Below the pieces are notes generated by a model, which made no database searches, was not told the origin of the DNA, and was given only the letters and a program-made list of their open reading frames with translations. From assembly GCF_009914755.1 (NCBI RefSeq), contig NC_060948.1: DNA of 64,000 bases. One strand, 5' to 3'. Source of the DNA: the human T2T-CHM13v2.0 reference genome, Homo sapiens. The translations under genes were made by a program, and so were the position numbers. Shown here piece after piece: positions 42,134 through 56,403 of the stretch (its first letter is position 1; each line of letters opens with the position of its first letter).

Positions 42134-45100
42134 CCTGGAATAAAGTGGAATGCTACGGTCTCGAATGGAATAAAAATGTATGGAATGGAATGCAATGAAA
42201 CGGAATCGAATGTCATAGAATGTAATGGAATGCAAAAAAATGGAATCCAAAATCATTGACTGGAAAGGCTGGGTGTCGAAAGGAATTGACTCCAATGGAA
42301 TGGAATCGAATGGAATGGAAGTGAATAGAATCGAACTAAATCGAATGGAATGGAATTGATAGGAACGGAATGGAAAGTAATGCAATGATTTGGCATGGAA
42401 TGGAATCGAATGGCATCGAATGGAATGGAATGGAATGCAATGGAATGGAATGTATTAGAATGTAATGAACTTTAATGGAATGTACTCGAATGGATTCGAC
42501 TGGAATGGAATGTTCTGGAAGTGAATGGACTCCAATGGAATGGATTCGAAAGGAATGGAATCGAACGGAATGGAATCTAATGGAATGGAATTAAATGGAA
42601 ATGAATCAAATTGAATAGCACGGAATTGAATTGAATGGAATCGAATGCAATGGAATCTAATGAAACGGAAAGGAAAGGAATGGAATGGAATGGAATGGGC
42701 TGGAATGGAAAGGAATCGAAACGAATGGAATGGAATCGAACTGAAGAGACTGGAATGGAATGCACTGGAATGGAAGGGAGTGTAATGGAAGGTTCTCGAA
42801 AATAATGGAATCGAATGGAATGGAATTGAATGGAACGGAATAGAGTCGAATGGAATTGAATGGAATGGAATGGACTAGAGTGAAATGGAATCGAACCACA
42901 AGGAATGGACAGGAATAGAATGGTCTCGAATTGAATGGAATCGTATGGAATGGCATCAAACGGAATGGAATGGACAGCCACGGAATGGAATGCACTCGAA
43001 TGCAATGGAGTCGAAACTTATGGACTGGAATAGAATGGACTCGACTGGTACGGACTCCAATGGAATGGAATCGAATGGAAGGGATTCGAACGGAATGGAC
43101 TCGAAGGGAAAAGACTGCAATGGAAAGGTCTCGAATGGAATGGAAATTAATGGAATGGAATGGAATCGAATGAAATGGAGTCAAAAGGAATGGAATCGAA
43201 TGGCAAGAAATCGAATGTAATGGAATTGCAAGGAATTGATGTGAACGGAACGGAATGGAATGGAATCCAAAGGAATGGAATAGAATGGAATGGAATCGAA
43301 TGGAAAGGACTCGAATGGAAATCACTCGAATAGAATGAAATTTAATAAAATAGGATCAAATGTAATTGAATGGAATGGAAAGGAATCGAAACGAAGGGAA
43401 TGGAGACAGATGGAATGGAATGGAACAGAGAGCAATGGTATAGAATGGAATGGAATCATCTGGAATGGAATTGAATGGAATGGAATAATATGAAATGGAA
43501 TGGAATGGAATGGAATGGAATGCCCTTGAATTAAATGGACTGGAATGGAATGGACTCGAACAGAGTGGAATGGAAAGTGTTGAGATAGAATGGAATGGAC
43601 TCCTTTGGAATGGTGTAGTATGCAATGCAATCGACTGGCAGGGAATCAAAAGGAATGTAATCGAATGGATTGGACTGGAATGCAATGGACTCGAATAGAT
43701 TGGAAACGGAATGCAAAGGAATGGAATGGAATAGTATGGAATGGAATGGAAAAGAATGGAGTGGAATAGACTAGAGTGGAATGGAATGGACTGGAAAGCA
43801 ATGGACTGGAATGGAACTTTCTTGAATGGACTGGAATCAAACGGAATGGAATGCAATGCAATCAAATGGCATGGAATAAAATAGAATGAAAGAGAATCAA
43901 ATGGAATTGAATCGAATGGAATCGAATGGATTGGAAAGGAATAGAATGGAATGGAATGGAATTGACTCAAATGGAATGGACTAGAATGGAATGGATTCGA
44001 ATGGAAGGCAAAGGAATGGAATCTATTGGAATGGACTGTAATGGAATGGAATGGAAGGGATTGGAATGGACTCGAATGGAATGGACTGCAATAGAAAGGA
44101 TTCGAATGGAATGAAAAAGAATTGAATGGAATAGAACAGAATGGAATGAAATCGAATGAAATGGAATGGAATAGAAAGGAATGGAATGAAATGGAATGGA
44201 AAGGATTCGAATGGAATGCAATCGAATGGAATGGAATCGAACGGAATGGAATAAAATGGAAGAAAACTGGCAAGAAATGGAATCGAAATGAATGGAGTGT
44301 TATGGAACGGACTCAAAAGGAATTGAATGTAATAGAATGGAGTGGAGTGGACTCGAATATAATGGACTGGAATGGAATGAAATCACATGGAATGGGAACG
44401 AATGGAATGGAATGGAAAGGAATGGAATCGAATGGAAAGGAATCGAATGGAAGGGAATGAAATTGAATCAACAGGAATGGAAGGGAATAGAATAGACGGT
44501 AATGGAATGGACTCGAATAGAATGGACACGAATGCTCAAATTGAATGGACTCGAATGGAATGGAAACGAAAGGAATGTCATCGAATGGAATTGAATCGAT
44601 TGGAATGAAATCGCATAGAATGGAGTGGAATCAAATGGAATTGAATCGAAAGGAAAGGAAGCGAATGGACTGAAATGAAATGGAATGGAATTGAATGGAA
44701 AGTAATGCAATGGAATAGAATGGAACGAAATTTCACGGAATGGAATCAAACTGAATGGAATCAAATCAATGGAATCTAATCAAATGGAATGGAAAGGAAT
44801 TGAATGGAGTAGATTGGATTGGATGGGATTGGAATGAAATGTACTGGAAAGGACTCGAATTTCATGAAACGGAATGGAATGAATTGGAACGGAATGGACT
44901 CGAATGGAATGGAATGTCATGGAATGGCATCAAATGGAATGGCATCAAATGGAATGGAATCGAATGCAATGGAATGTTATGGAATGGAATGGAATGCATT
45001 GGAATGGAATGTCCTCTAATGGAATGGATTCGAGTGGAATGGAATCGAATATAATGGAGTCGAATGAAATGGAATTGAAAGGAATGGGATCGAATACAAT

Positions 45101-45692
45101 GGAATATACTGGAATGTAATGTAATGGACTCGAATGTAATTGACTGGAATGGAATGTACATGAATGGAATGTAATCGAATGGAAAGTAATCCAATGGAAT
45201 AGAATCTAATGCAATAAAACCGACTCAGATAGAGTAGAATGTAATGGAATGGAGTGCAGTGCAATGGAATGGAATGGAATGGAATGCAATGGAATGGAAT
45301 GGAATGGAATGGAATGGAATGGAATGGGATGGAATGGGATGGAATGGATAGTAATGGACTGGAGTGAAATGGACTGGAAAGGAATGGACTCAAATTGAAA
45401 GGGCTCGAAAGGAATGGAGTCAAATGGAATGGTCTGGAATGGAATGAACACGAATGTAATGCAATCCAATAGAATGGAATCGAATGGCATGGAATGTAAA
45501 GAAATGGAATCGAAGAGAATGGAAACAAATGGAATGGAATTGAATGGAATGGAATTGAATGGAATGGGAACGAATGGAGTGAAATTGTATGCAGTAGAAG
45601 GGAATAGAATGGAATGCAAGCGAAAGGAAAGGAATGGATTGGAATGGAATGGAATTCATTGGAATGGAAGGGAATGTAGTGTAATGGACAGG
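42134..45692 (-). repeat. DYZ1 unit, 3559 bp
   Basis: HaeIII-to-HaeIII interval. Confidence 0.9.
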
Positions 45693-48600
45693 CCTGGAAT
45701 AAAGTGGAATGCTACGGTCTCGAATGGAATAAAAATGTATGGAATGGAATGCAATGAAACGGAATCGAATGTCATAGAATGTAATGGAATGCAAAAAAAT
45801 GGAATCCAAAATCATTGACTGGAAAGGCTGGGTGTCGAAAGGAATTGACTCCAATGGAATGGAATCGAATGGAATGGAAGTGAATAGAATCGAACTAAAT
45901 CGAATGGAATGGAATTGATAGGAACGGAATGGAAAGGAATGCAATGATTTGGCATGGAATGGAATCGAATGGCATCGAATGGAATGGAATGGAATGCAAT
46001 GGAATGGAATGTATTAGAATGTAATGAACTTTAATGGAATGTACTCGAATGGATTCGACTGGAATGGAATGTTCTGGAAGTGAATGGACTCCAATGGAAT
46101 GGATTCGAAAGGAATGGAATCGTACGGAATGGAATCTAATGGAATGGAATTAAATGGAAGTGAATCAAATTGAATAGCACGGAATTGAATTGAATGGAAT
46201 GGAATGCAATGGAATCTAATGAAACGGAAAGGAAAGGAATGGAATGGAATGGAATGGGCTGGAATGGAAAGGAATCGAAACGAATGGAATGGAATCGAAC
46301 TGAAGAGACTGGAATGGAATGCACTGGAATGGAAGGGAGTGTAATGGAAGGTTCTCGAAAAAAATGGAATCGAATGGAATGGAATTGAATGGAACGGAAT
46401 AGAGTGGAATGGAATTGAATGGAATGGAATGGACTAGAGTGAAATGGAATCGAACCACAAGGAATGGACAGGAATAGAATGGTCTCGAATTGAATGGAAT
46501 CGTATGGAATGGCATCAAACGGAATGGAATGGACAGCCACGGAATGGAATGCACTCGAATGCAATGGAGTCGAAACTAATGGACTGGAATAGAATGGACT
46601 CGACTGGTACGGACTCCAATGGAATGGAATCGAATGGAAGGGAATCGAACGGAATGGACTCGAAGGGAAAAGACTGCAATGGAAAGGTCTCGAATGGAAT
46701 GGAAATTAATGGAATGGAATGGAATCGAATGAAATGGAGTCAAAAGGAATGGAATCGAATGGCAAGAAATCGAATGTAATGGAATCGCAAGGAATTGATG
46801 TGAACGGAACGGAATGGAATGGAATCCAAAGGAATGGAATAGAATGGAATGGAATCGAATGGAAAGGACTCGAATGGAAATCACTCGAATAGAATGCAAT
46901 TTAATAAAATAGGATCAAATGTAATGGAATGGAATGGAAAGGAATCGAAACGAAAGGAATGGAGACAGATGGAATGGAATGGAACAGAGAACAATGGTAT
47001 AGAATGGAATGGAATCATCTGGAATGGAATTGAATGGAATGGAATAATATGAAATGGAATGGAATGGAATGGAATGGAATGGAATGGAATGCCCTTGAAT
47101 TAAATGGACTGGAATGGAATGGACTCGAACAGAGTGGAATGGAAAGTGTTGAGATAGAATGGAATGGACTCGTTTGGAATGGTGTAGTATGCAATGCAAT
47201 CGACTGGCAGGGAATCAAAAGGAATGTAATCGAATGGATTGGACTGGAATGCAATGGACTCGAATAGATTGGAAACGGGATGCAAAGGAATGGAATGGAA
47301 TAGTATGGAATGGAATGGAAAGCAATGGAGTGGAATAGACTAGAGTGGAATGGAATGGACTGGAAAGCAATGGACTGGAATGGAACTTTCTTGAATGGAC
47401 TGGAATCAAACGGAATGGAATGCAATGCAATCAAATGGCATGGAATAAAATAGAATGAAAGAGAATCAAATGGAATTGAATCGAATGGAATCGAATGGAT
47501 TGGAAAGGAATAGAATGGAATGGAATGGAATTGACTCAAATGGAATGGACTAGAATGGAATGGATTCGAATGGAAGGCAAAGGAATGGAATCTATTGGAA
47601 TGGACTGTAATGGAATGGAATGGAAGGGATTGGAATGGACTCGAATGGAATGGACTGCAATAGAAAGGATTCGAATGGAATGAAAAAGAATTGAATGGAA
47701 TAGAACAGAATGGAATGAAATCGAATGAAATGGAATGGAATAGAAAGGAATGGAATGAAATGGAATGGAAAGGATTCGAATGGAATGCAATCGAATGGAA
47801 TGGAATCGAACGGAATGGAATAAAATGGAAGAAAACTGGCAAGAAATGGAATCGAAATGAATGGAGTGTTATGGAACGGACTCAAAAGGAATTGAATGTA
47901 ATAGAATGGAGTGGAGTGGACTCGAATATAATGGACTGGAATGGAATGAAATCACATGGAATGGGAACGAATGGAATGGAATGGAAAGGAATGGAATCGA
48001 ATGGAAAGGAATCGAATGGAAGGGAATGAAATTGAATCAACAGGAATGGAAGGGAATAGAATAGACGGTAATGGAATGGACTCGAATAGAATGGACACGA
48101 ATGCTCAAATTGAATGGACTCGAATGGAATGGAAACGAAAGGAATGTCATCGAATGGAATTGAATCGATTGGAATGAAATCGCATAGAATGGAGTGGAAT
48201 CAAATGGAATTGAATCGAAAGGAAAGGAAGCGAATGGACTGAAATGAAATGGAATGGAATTGAATGGAAAGTAATGCAATGGAATAGAATGGAACGAAAT
48301 TTCACGGAATGGAATCAAACTGAATGGAATCAAATCAATGGAATCTAATCAAATGGAATGGAAAGGAATTGAATGGAGTAGATTGGATTGGATGGGATTG
48401 GAATGAAATGTACTGGAAAGGACTCGAATTTCATGAAACGGAATGGAATGAATTGGAACGGAATGGACTCGAATGGAATGGAATGTCATGGAATGGCATC
48501 AAATGGAATGGCATCAAATGGAATGGAATCGAATGCAATGGAATGTTATGGAATGGAATGGAATGCATTGGAATGGAATGTCCTCTAATGGAATGGATTC

Positions 48601-49261
48601 GAGTGGAATGGAATCGAATATAATGGAGTCGAATGAAATGGAATTGAAAGGAATGGGATCGAATACAATGGAATATACTGGAATGTAATGTAATGGACTC
48701 GAATGTAATTGACTGGAATGGAATGTACATGAATGGAATGTAATCGAATGGAAAGTAATCCAATGGAATAGAATCTAATGCAATAAAACCGACTCAGATA
48801 GAGTAGAATGTAATGGAATGGAGTGCAGTGCAATGGAATGGAATGGAATGGAATGCAATGGAATGGAATGGAATGGAATGGAATGGAATGGAATGGGATG
48901 GAATGGGATGGAATGGATAGTAATGGACTGGAGTGAAATGGACTGGAAAGGAATGGACTCAAATTGAAAGGGCTCGAAAGGAATGGAGTCAAATGGAATG
49001 GTCTGGAATGGAATGAACACGAATGTAATGCAATCCAATAGAATGGAATCGAATGGCATGGAATGTAAAGAAATGGAATCGAAGAGAATGGAAACAAATG
49101 GAATGGAATTGAATGGAATGGAATTGAATGGAATGGGAACGAATGGAGTGAAATTGTATGCAGTAGAAGGGAATAGAATGGAATGCAAGCGAAAGGAAAG
49201 GAATGGATTGGAATGGAATGGAATTCATTGGAATGGAAGGGAATGTAGTGTAATGGACAGG
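45693..49261 (-). repeat. DYZ1 unit, 3569 bp
   Basis: HaeIII-to-HaeIII interval. Confidence 0.9.
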
Positions 49262-52200
49262 CCTGGAATAAAGTGGAATGCTACGGTCTCGAATGGAATA
49301 AAAATGTATGGAATGGAATGCAATGAAACGGAATCGAATGTCATAGAATGTAATGGAATGCAAAAAAATGGAATCCAAAATCATTGACTGGAAAGGCTGG
49401 GTGTCGAAAGGAATTGACTCCAATGGAATGGAATCGAATGGAATGGAAGTGAATAGAATCGAACTAAATCGAATGGAATGGAATTGATAGGAACGGAATG
49501 GAAAGGAATGCAATGATTTGGCATGGAATGGAATCGAATGGCATCGAATGGAATGGAATGGAATGCAATGGAATGGAATGTATTAGAATGTAATGAACTT
49601 TAATGGAATGTACTCGAATGGATTCGACTGGAATGGAATGTTCTGGAAGTGAATGGACTCCAATGGAATGGATTCAAAAGGAATGGAATCGTACGGAATG
49701 GAATCTAATGGAATGGAATTAAATGGAAGTGAATCAAATTGAATAGCACGGAATTGAATTGAATGGAATGGAATGCAATGGAATCTAATGAAACGGAAAG
49801 GAAAGGAATGGAATGGAATGGAATGGGCTGGAATGGAAAGGAATCGAAACGAATGGAATGGAATCGAACTGAAGAGACTGGAATGGAATGCACTGGAATG
49901 GAAGGGAGTGTAATGGAAGGTTCTCGAAAAAAATGGAATCGAATGGAATGGAATTGAATGGAACGGAATAGAGTGGAATGGAATTGAATGGAATGGAATG
50001 GACTAGAGTGAAATGGAATCGAACCACAAGGAATGGACAGGAATAGAATGGTCTCGAATTGAATGGAATCGTATGGAATGGCATCAAACGGAATGGAATG
50101 GACAGCCACGGAATGGAATGCACTCGAATGCAATGGAGTCGAAACTAATGGACTGGAATAGAATGGACTCGACTGGTACGGACTCCAATGGAATGGAATC
50201 GAATGGAAGGGAATCGAACGGAATGGACTCGAAGGGAAAAGACTGCAATGGAAAGGTCTCGAATGGAATGGAAATTAATGGAATGGAATGGAATCGAATG
50301 AAATGGAGTCAAAAGGAATGGAATCGAATGGCAAGAAATCGAATGTAATGGAATCGCAAGGAATTGATGTGAACGGAACGGAATGGAATGGAATCCAAAG
50401 GAATGGAATAGAATGGAATGGAATCGAATGGAAAGGACTCGAATGGAAATCACTCGAATAGAATGCAATTTAATAAAATAGGATCAAATGTAATGGAATG
50501 GAATGGAAAGGAATCGAAACGAAAGGAATGGAGACAGATGGAATGGAATGGAACAGAGAACAATGGTATAGAATGGAATGGAATCATCTGGAATGGAATT
50601 GAATGGAATGGAATAATATGAAATGGAATGGAATGGAATGGAATGGAATGGAATGGAATGCCCTTGAATTAAATGGACTGGAATGGAATGGACTCGAACA
50701 GAGTGGAATGGAAAGTGTTGAGATAGAATGGAATGGACTCGTTTGGAATGGTGTAGTATGCAATGCAATCGACTGGCAGGGAATCAAAAGGAATGTAATC
50801 GAATGGATTGGACTGGAATGCAATGGACTCGAATAGATTGGAAACGGGATGCAAAGGAATGGAATGGAATAGTATGGAATGGAATGGAAAGGAATGGAGT
50901 GGAATAGACTAGAGTGGAATGGAATGGACTGGAAAGCAATGGACTGGAATGGAACTTTCTTGAATGGACTGGAATCAAACGGAATGGAATGCAATGCAAT
51001 CAAATGGCATGGAATAAAATAGAATGAAAGAGAATCAAATGGAATTGAATCGAATGGAATCGAATGGATTGGAAAGGAATAGAATGGAATGGAATGGAAT
51101 TGACTCAAATGGAATGGACTAGAATGGAATGGATTCGAATGGAAGGCAAAGGAATGGAATCTATTGGAATGGACTGTAATGGAATGGAATGGAAGGGATT
51201 GGAATGGACTCGAATGGAATGGACTGCAATAGAAAGGATTCGAATGGAATGAAAAAGAATTGAATGGAATAGAACAGAATGGAATCAAATCGAATGAAAT
51301 GGAATGGAATAGAAAGGAATGGAATGAAATGGAATGGAAAGGATTCGAATGGAATGCAATCGAATGGAATGGAATCGAACGGAATGGAATAAAATGGAAG
51401 AAAACTGGCAAGAAATGGAATCGAAATGAATGGAGTGTTATGGAACGGACTCAAAAGGAATTGAATGTAATAGAATGGAGTGGAGTGGACTCGAATATAA
51501 TGGACTGGAATGGAATGAAATCACATGGAATGGGAACGAATGGAATGGAATGGAAAGGAATGGAATCGAATGGAAAGGAATCGAATGGAAGGGAATGAAA
51601 TTGAATCAACAGGAATGGAAGGGAATAGAATAGACGGTAATGGAATGGACTCGAATAGAATGGACACGAATGCTCAAATTGAATGGACTCGAATGGAATG
51701 GAAACGAAAGGAATGTCATCGAATGGAATTGAATCGATTGGAATGAAATCGCATAGAATGGAGTGGAATCAAATGGAATAGAATCGAAAGGAAAGGAAGC
51801 GAATGGACTGAAATGAAATGGAATGGAATTGAATGGAAAGTAATGCAATGGAATAGAATGGAACGAAATTTCACGGAATGGAATCAAACTGAATGGAATC
51901 AAATCAATGGAATCTAATCAAATGGAATGGAAAGGAATTGAATGGAGTAGATTGGATTGGATGGGATTGGAATGAAATGTACTGGAAAGGACTCGAATTT
52001 CATGAAACGGAATGGAATGAATTGGAACGGAATGGACTCGAATGGAATGGAATGTCATGGAATGGCATCAAATGGAATGGCATCAAATGGAATGGAATCG
52101 AATGCAATGGAATGTTATGGAATGGAATGGAATGCATTGGAATGGAATGTCCTCTAATGGAATGGATTCGAGTGGAATGGAATCGAATATAATGGAGTCG

Positions 52201-52830
52201 AATGAAATGGAATTGAAAGGAATGGGATCGAATACAATGGAATATACTGGAATGTAATGTAATGGACTCGAATGTAATTGACTGGAATGGAATGTACATG
52301 AATGGAATGTAATCGAATGGAAAGTAATCCAATGGAATAGAATCTAATGCAATAAAACCGACTCAGATAGAGTAGAATGTAATGGAATGGAGTGCAGTGC
52401 AATGGAATGGAATGGAATGGAATGCAATGGAATGGAATGGAATGGAATGGAATGGAATGGAATGGGATGGAATGGGATGGAATGGATAGTAATGGACTGG
52501 AGTGAAATGGACTGGAAAGGAATGGACTCAAATTGAAAGGGCTCGAAAGGAATGGAGTCAAATGGAATGGTCTGGAATGGAATGAACACGAATGTAATGC
52601 AATCCAATAGAATGGAATCGAATGGCATGGAATATAAAGAAATGGAATCGAAGAGAATGGAAACAAATGGAATGGAATTGAATGGAATGGAATTGAATGG
52701 AATGGGAACGAATGGAGTGAAATTGTATGCAGTAGAAGGGAATAGAATGGAATGCAAGCGAAAGGAAAGGAATGGATTGGAATGGAATGGAATTCATTGG
52801 AATGGAAGGGAATGTAGTGTAATGGACAGG
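49262..52830 (-). repeat. DYZ1 unit, 3569 bp
   Basis: HaeIII-to-HaeIII interval. Confidence 0.9.
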
Positions 52831-55800
52831 CCTGGAATAAAGTGGAATGCTACGGTCTCGAATGGAATAAAAATGTATGGAATGGAATGCAATGAAACGG
52901 AATCGAATGTCATAGAATGTAATGGAGTGCAAAAAAATGGAATCCAAAATCATTGACTGGAAAGGCTGGGTGTCGAAAGGAATTGACTCCAATGGAATGG
53001 AATCGAATGGAATGGAAGTGAATAGAATCGAACTAAATCGAATGGAATGGAATTGATAGGAACGGAATGGAAAGGAATGCAATGATTTGGCATGGAATGG
53101 AATCGAATGGCATCGAATGGAATGGAATGGAATGCAATGGAATGGAATGTATTAGAATGTAATGAACTTTAATGGAATGTACTCGAATGGATTCGACTGG
53201 AATGGAATGTTCTGGAAGTGAATGGACTCCAATGGAATGGATTCAAAAGGAATGGAATCGTACGGAATGGAATCTAATGGAATGGAATTAAATGGAAGTG
53301 AATCAAATTGAATAGCACGGAATTGAATTGAATGGAATGGAATGCAATGGAATCTAATGAAACGGAAAGGAAAGGAATGGAATGGAATGGAATGGGCTGG
53401 AATGGAAAGGAATCGAAACGAATGGAATGGAATCGAACTGAAGAGACTGGAATGGAATGCACTGGAATGGAAGGGAGTGTAATGGAAGGTTCTCGAAAAA
53501 AATGGAATCGAATGGAATGGAATTGAATGGAACGGAATAGAGTCGAATGGAATTGAATGGAATGGAATGGACTAGAGTGAAATGGAATCGAACCACAAGG
53601 AATGGACAGGAATAGAATGGTCTCGAATTGAATGGAATCGTATGGAATGGCATCAAACGGAATGGAATGGACAGCCACGGAATGGAATGCACTCGAATGC
53701 AATGGAGTCGAAACTAATGGACTGGAATAGAATGGACTCGACTGGTACGGACTCCAATGGAATGGAATCGAATGGAAGGGAATCGAACGGAATGGACTCG
53801 AAGGGAAAAGACTGCAATGGAAAGGTCTCGAATGGAATGGAAATTAATGGAATGGAATGGAATCGAATGAAATGGAGTCAAAAGGAATGGAATCGAATGG
53901 CAAGAAATCGAATGTAATGGAATCGCAAGGAATTGATGTGAACGGAACGGAATGGAATGGAATCCAAAGGAATGGAATAGAATGGAATGGAATCGAATGG
54001 AAAGGACTCGAATGGAAATCACTCGAATAGAATGCAATTTAATAAAATAGGATCAAATGGAATGGAATGGAATGGAAAGGAATCGAAACGAAAGGAATGG
54101 AGACAGATGGAATGGAATGGAACAGAGAGCAATGGTATAGAATGGAATGGAATCATCTGGAATGGAATTGAATGGAATGGAATAATATGAAATGGAATGG
54201 AATGGAATGGAATGGAATGCCCTTGAATTAAATGGACTGGAATGGAATGGACTCGAACAGAGTGGAATGGAAAGTGTTGAGATAGAATGGAATGGACTCC
54301 TTTGGAATGGTGTAGTATGCAATGCAATCGACTGGCAGGGAATCAAAAGGAATGTAATCGAATGGATTGGACTGGAATGCAATGGACTCGAATAGATTGG
54401 AAACGGAGTGTAAAGGAATGGAATGGAATAGTATGGAATGGAATGGAAAGGAATGGAGTGGAATAGACTAGAGTGGAATGGAATGGACTGGAAAGCAATG
54501 GACTGGAATGGAAGTTTCTTGAATGGACTGGAATCAAACGGAATGGAATGCAATGCAATCAAATGGCATGGAATAAAATAGAATGAAAGAGAATCAAATG
54601 GAATTGAATCGAATGGAATCGAATGGATTGGAAAGGAATAGAATGGAATGGAATGGAATTGACTCAAATGGAATGGACTAGAATGGAATGGATTCGAATG
54701 GAAGGCAAAGGAATGGAATCTATTGGAATGGACTGTAATGGAATGGAATGGAAGGGATTGGAATGGACTCGAATGGAATGGACTGCAATAGAAAGGATTC
54801 GAATGGAATGAAAAAGAATTGAATGGAATAGAACAGAATGGAATGAAATCGAATGAAATGGAATGGAATAGAAAGGAATGGAATGAAATGGAATGGAAAG
54901 GATTCGAATGGAATGCAATCGAATGGAATGGAATCGAACGGAATGGAATAAAATGGAAGAAAACTGGCAAGAAATGGAATCGAAATGAATGGAGTGTTAT
55001 GGAACGGACTCAAAAGGAATTGAATGTAATAGAATGGAGTGGAGTGGACTCGAATATAATGGACTGGAATGGAATGAAATCACATGGAATGGGAACGAAT
55101 GGAATGGAATGGAAAGGAATGGAATCGAATGGAAAGGAATCGAATGGAAGGGAATGAAATTGAATCAACAGGAATGGAAGGGAATAGAATAGACGGTAAT
55201 GGAATGGACTCGAATAGAATGACACGAAAGCTCAAATTGAATGGACTCGAATGGAATGGAAACGAAAGGAATGTCATCGAATGGAATTGAATCGATTGGA
55301 ATGAAATCGCATAGAATGGAGTGGAATCAAATGGAATTGAATCGAAAGGAAAGGAAGCGAAGGGACTGAAATGAAATGGAATGGAATTGAATGGAAAGTA
55401 ATGCAATGGAATAGAATGGAACGAAATTTCACGGAATGGAATCAAACTGAATGGAATCAAATCAATGGAATCAAATCAAATGGAATGGAAAGGAATTGAA
55501 TGGAGTAGATTGGATTGGATGGGATTGGAATGAAATGTACTGGAAAGGACTCGAATTTCATGAAACGGAATGGAATGAATTGGAACGGAATGGACTCGAA
55601 TGGAATGGAATGTCATGGAATGGCATCAAATGGAATGGCATCAAATGGAATGGAATCGAATGCAATGGAATGTTATGGAATGGAATGGAATGCATTCGAA
55701 TGGAATGTCCTCTAATGGAATGGATTCGAGTGGAATGGAATCGAATATAATAGAGTCGAATGAAATGGAATTGAAAGGAATGGGATCGAATACAATGGAA

Positions 55801-56403
55801 TATACTGGAATGTAATGTAATGAACTCGAATGTAATTGACTGGAATGGAATGTATATGAATGGAATGTAATCGAATGGAAAGTAATCCAATGGAATAGAA
55901 TCTAATGCAATAAAATCGACTCAGATAGAGTAGAATGTAATGGAATGGAGTGCAGTGCAATGGAATGGAATGGAATGGAATGCAATTGAATGGAATGGAA
56001 TGGAATGGAATGGAATGGAATGGAATGCAATGGAATGGGATGGAATGGTATGGAATGGATAGTAATGGACTGGAGTGAAATGGACTGGAAAGGAATGGAC
56101 TCAAATTGAAAGGGCTCGAAAGGAATGGAGTCAAATGGAATGGTCTGGAATGGAATGAACACGAATGTAATGCAATCCAATAGAATGGAATCGAATGGCA
56201 TGGAATATAAAGAAATGGAATCGAAGAGAATGGAAACAAATGGAATGGAATTGAATGGAATGGAATTGAATGGAATGGGAACGAATGGAGTGAAATTGTA
56301 TGCAGTAGAAGGGAATAGAATGGAATGCAAGCGAAAGGAAAGGAATGGATTGGAATGGAATGGAATTCATTGGAATGGAAGGGAATGTAGTGTAATGGAC
56401 AGG
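52831..56403 (-). repeat. DYZ1 unit, 3573 bp
   Basis: HaeIII-to-HaeIII interval; private 1-bp deletion at ~55221. Confidence 0.9.

Noticed and set aside
55215-55225. Private 1-bp deletion (AGAATGACAC) as a meaningful event
   Set aside because: It is a singleton, absent from its sister copy at ~62369, and cannot be told apart from consensus error without reads.
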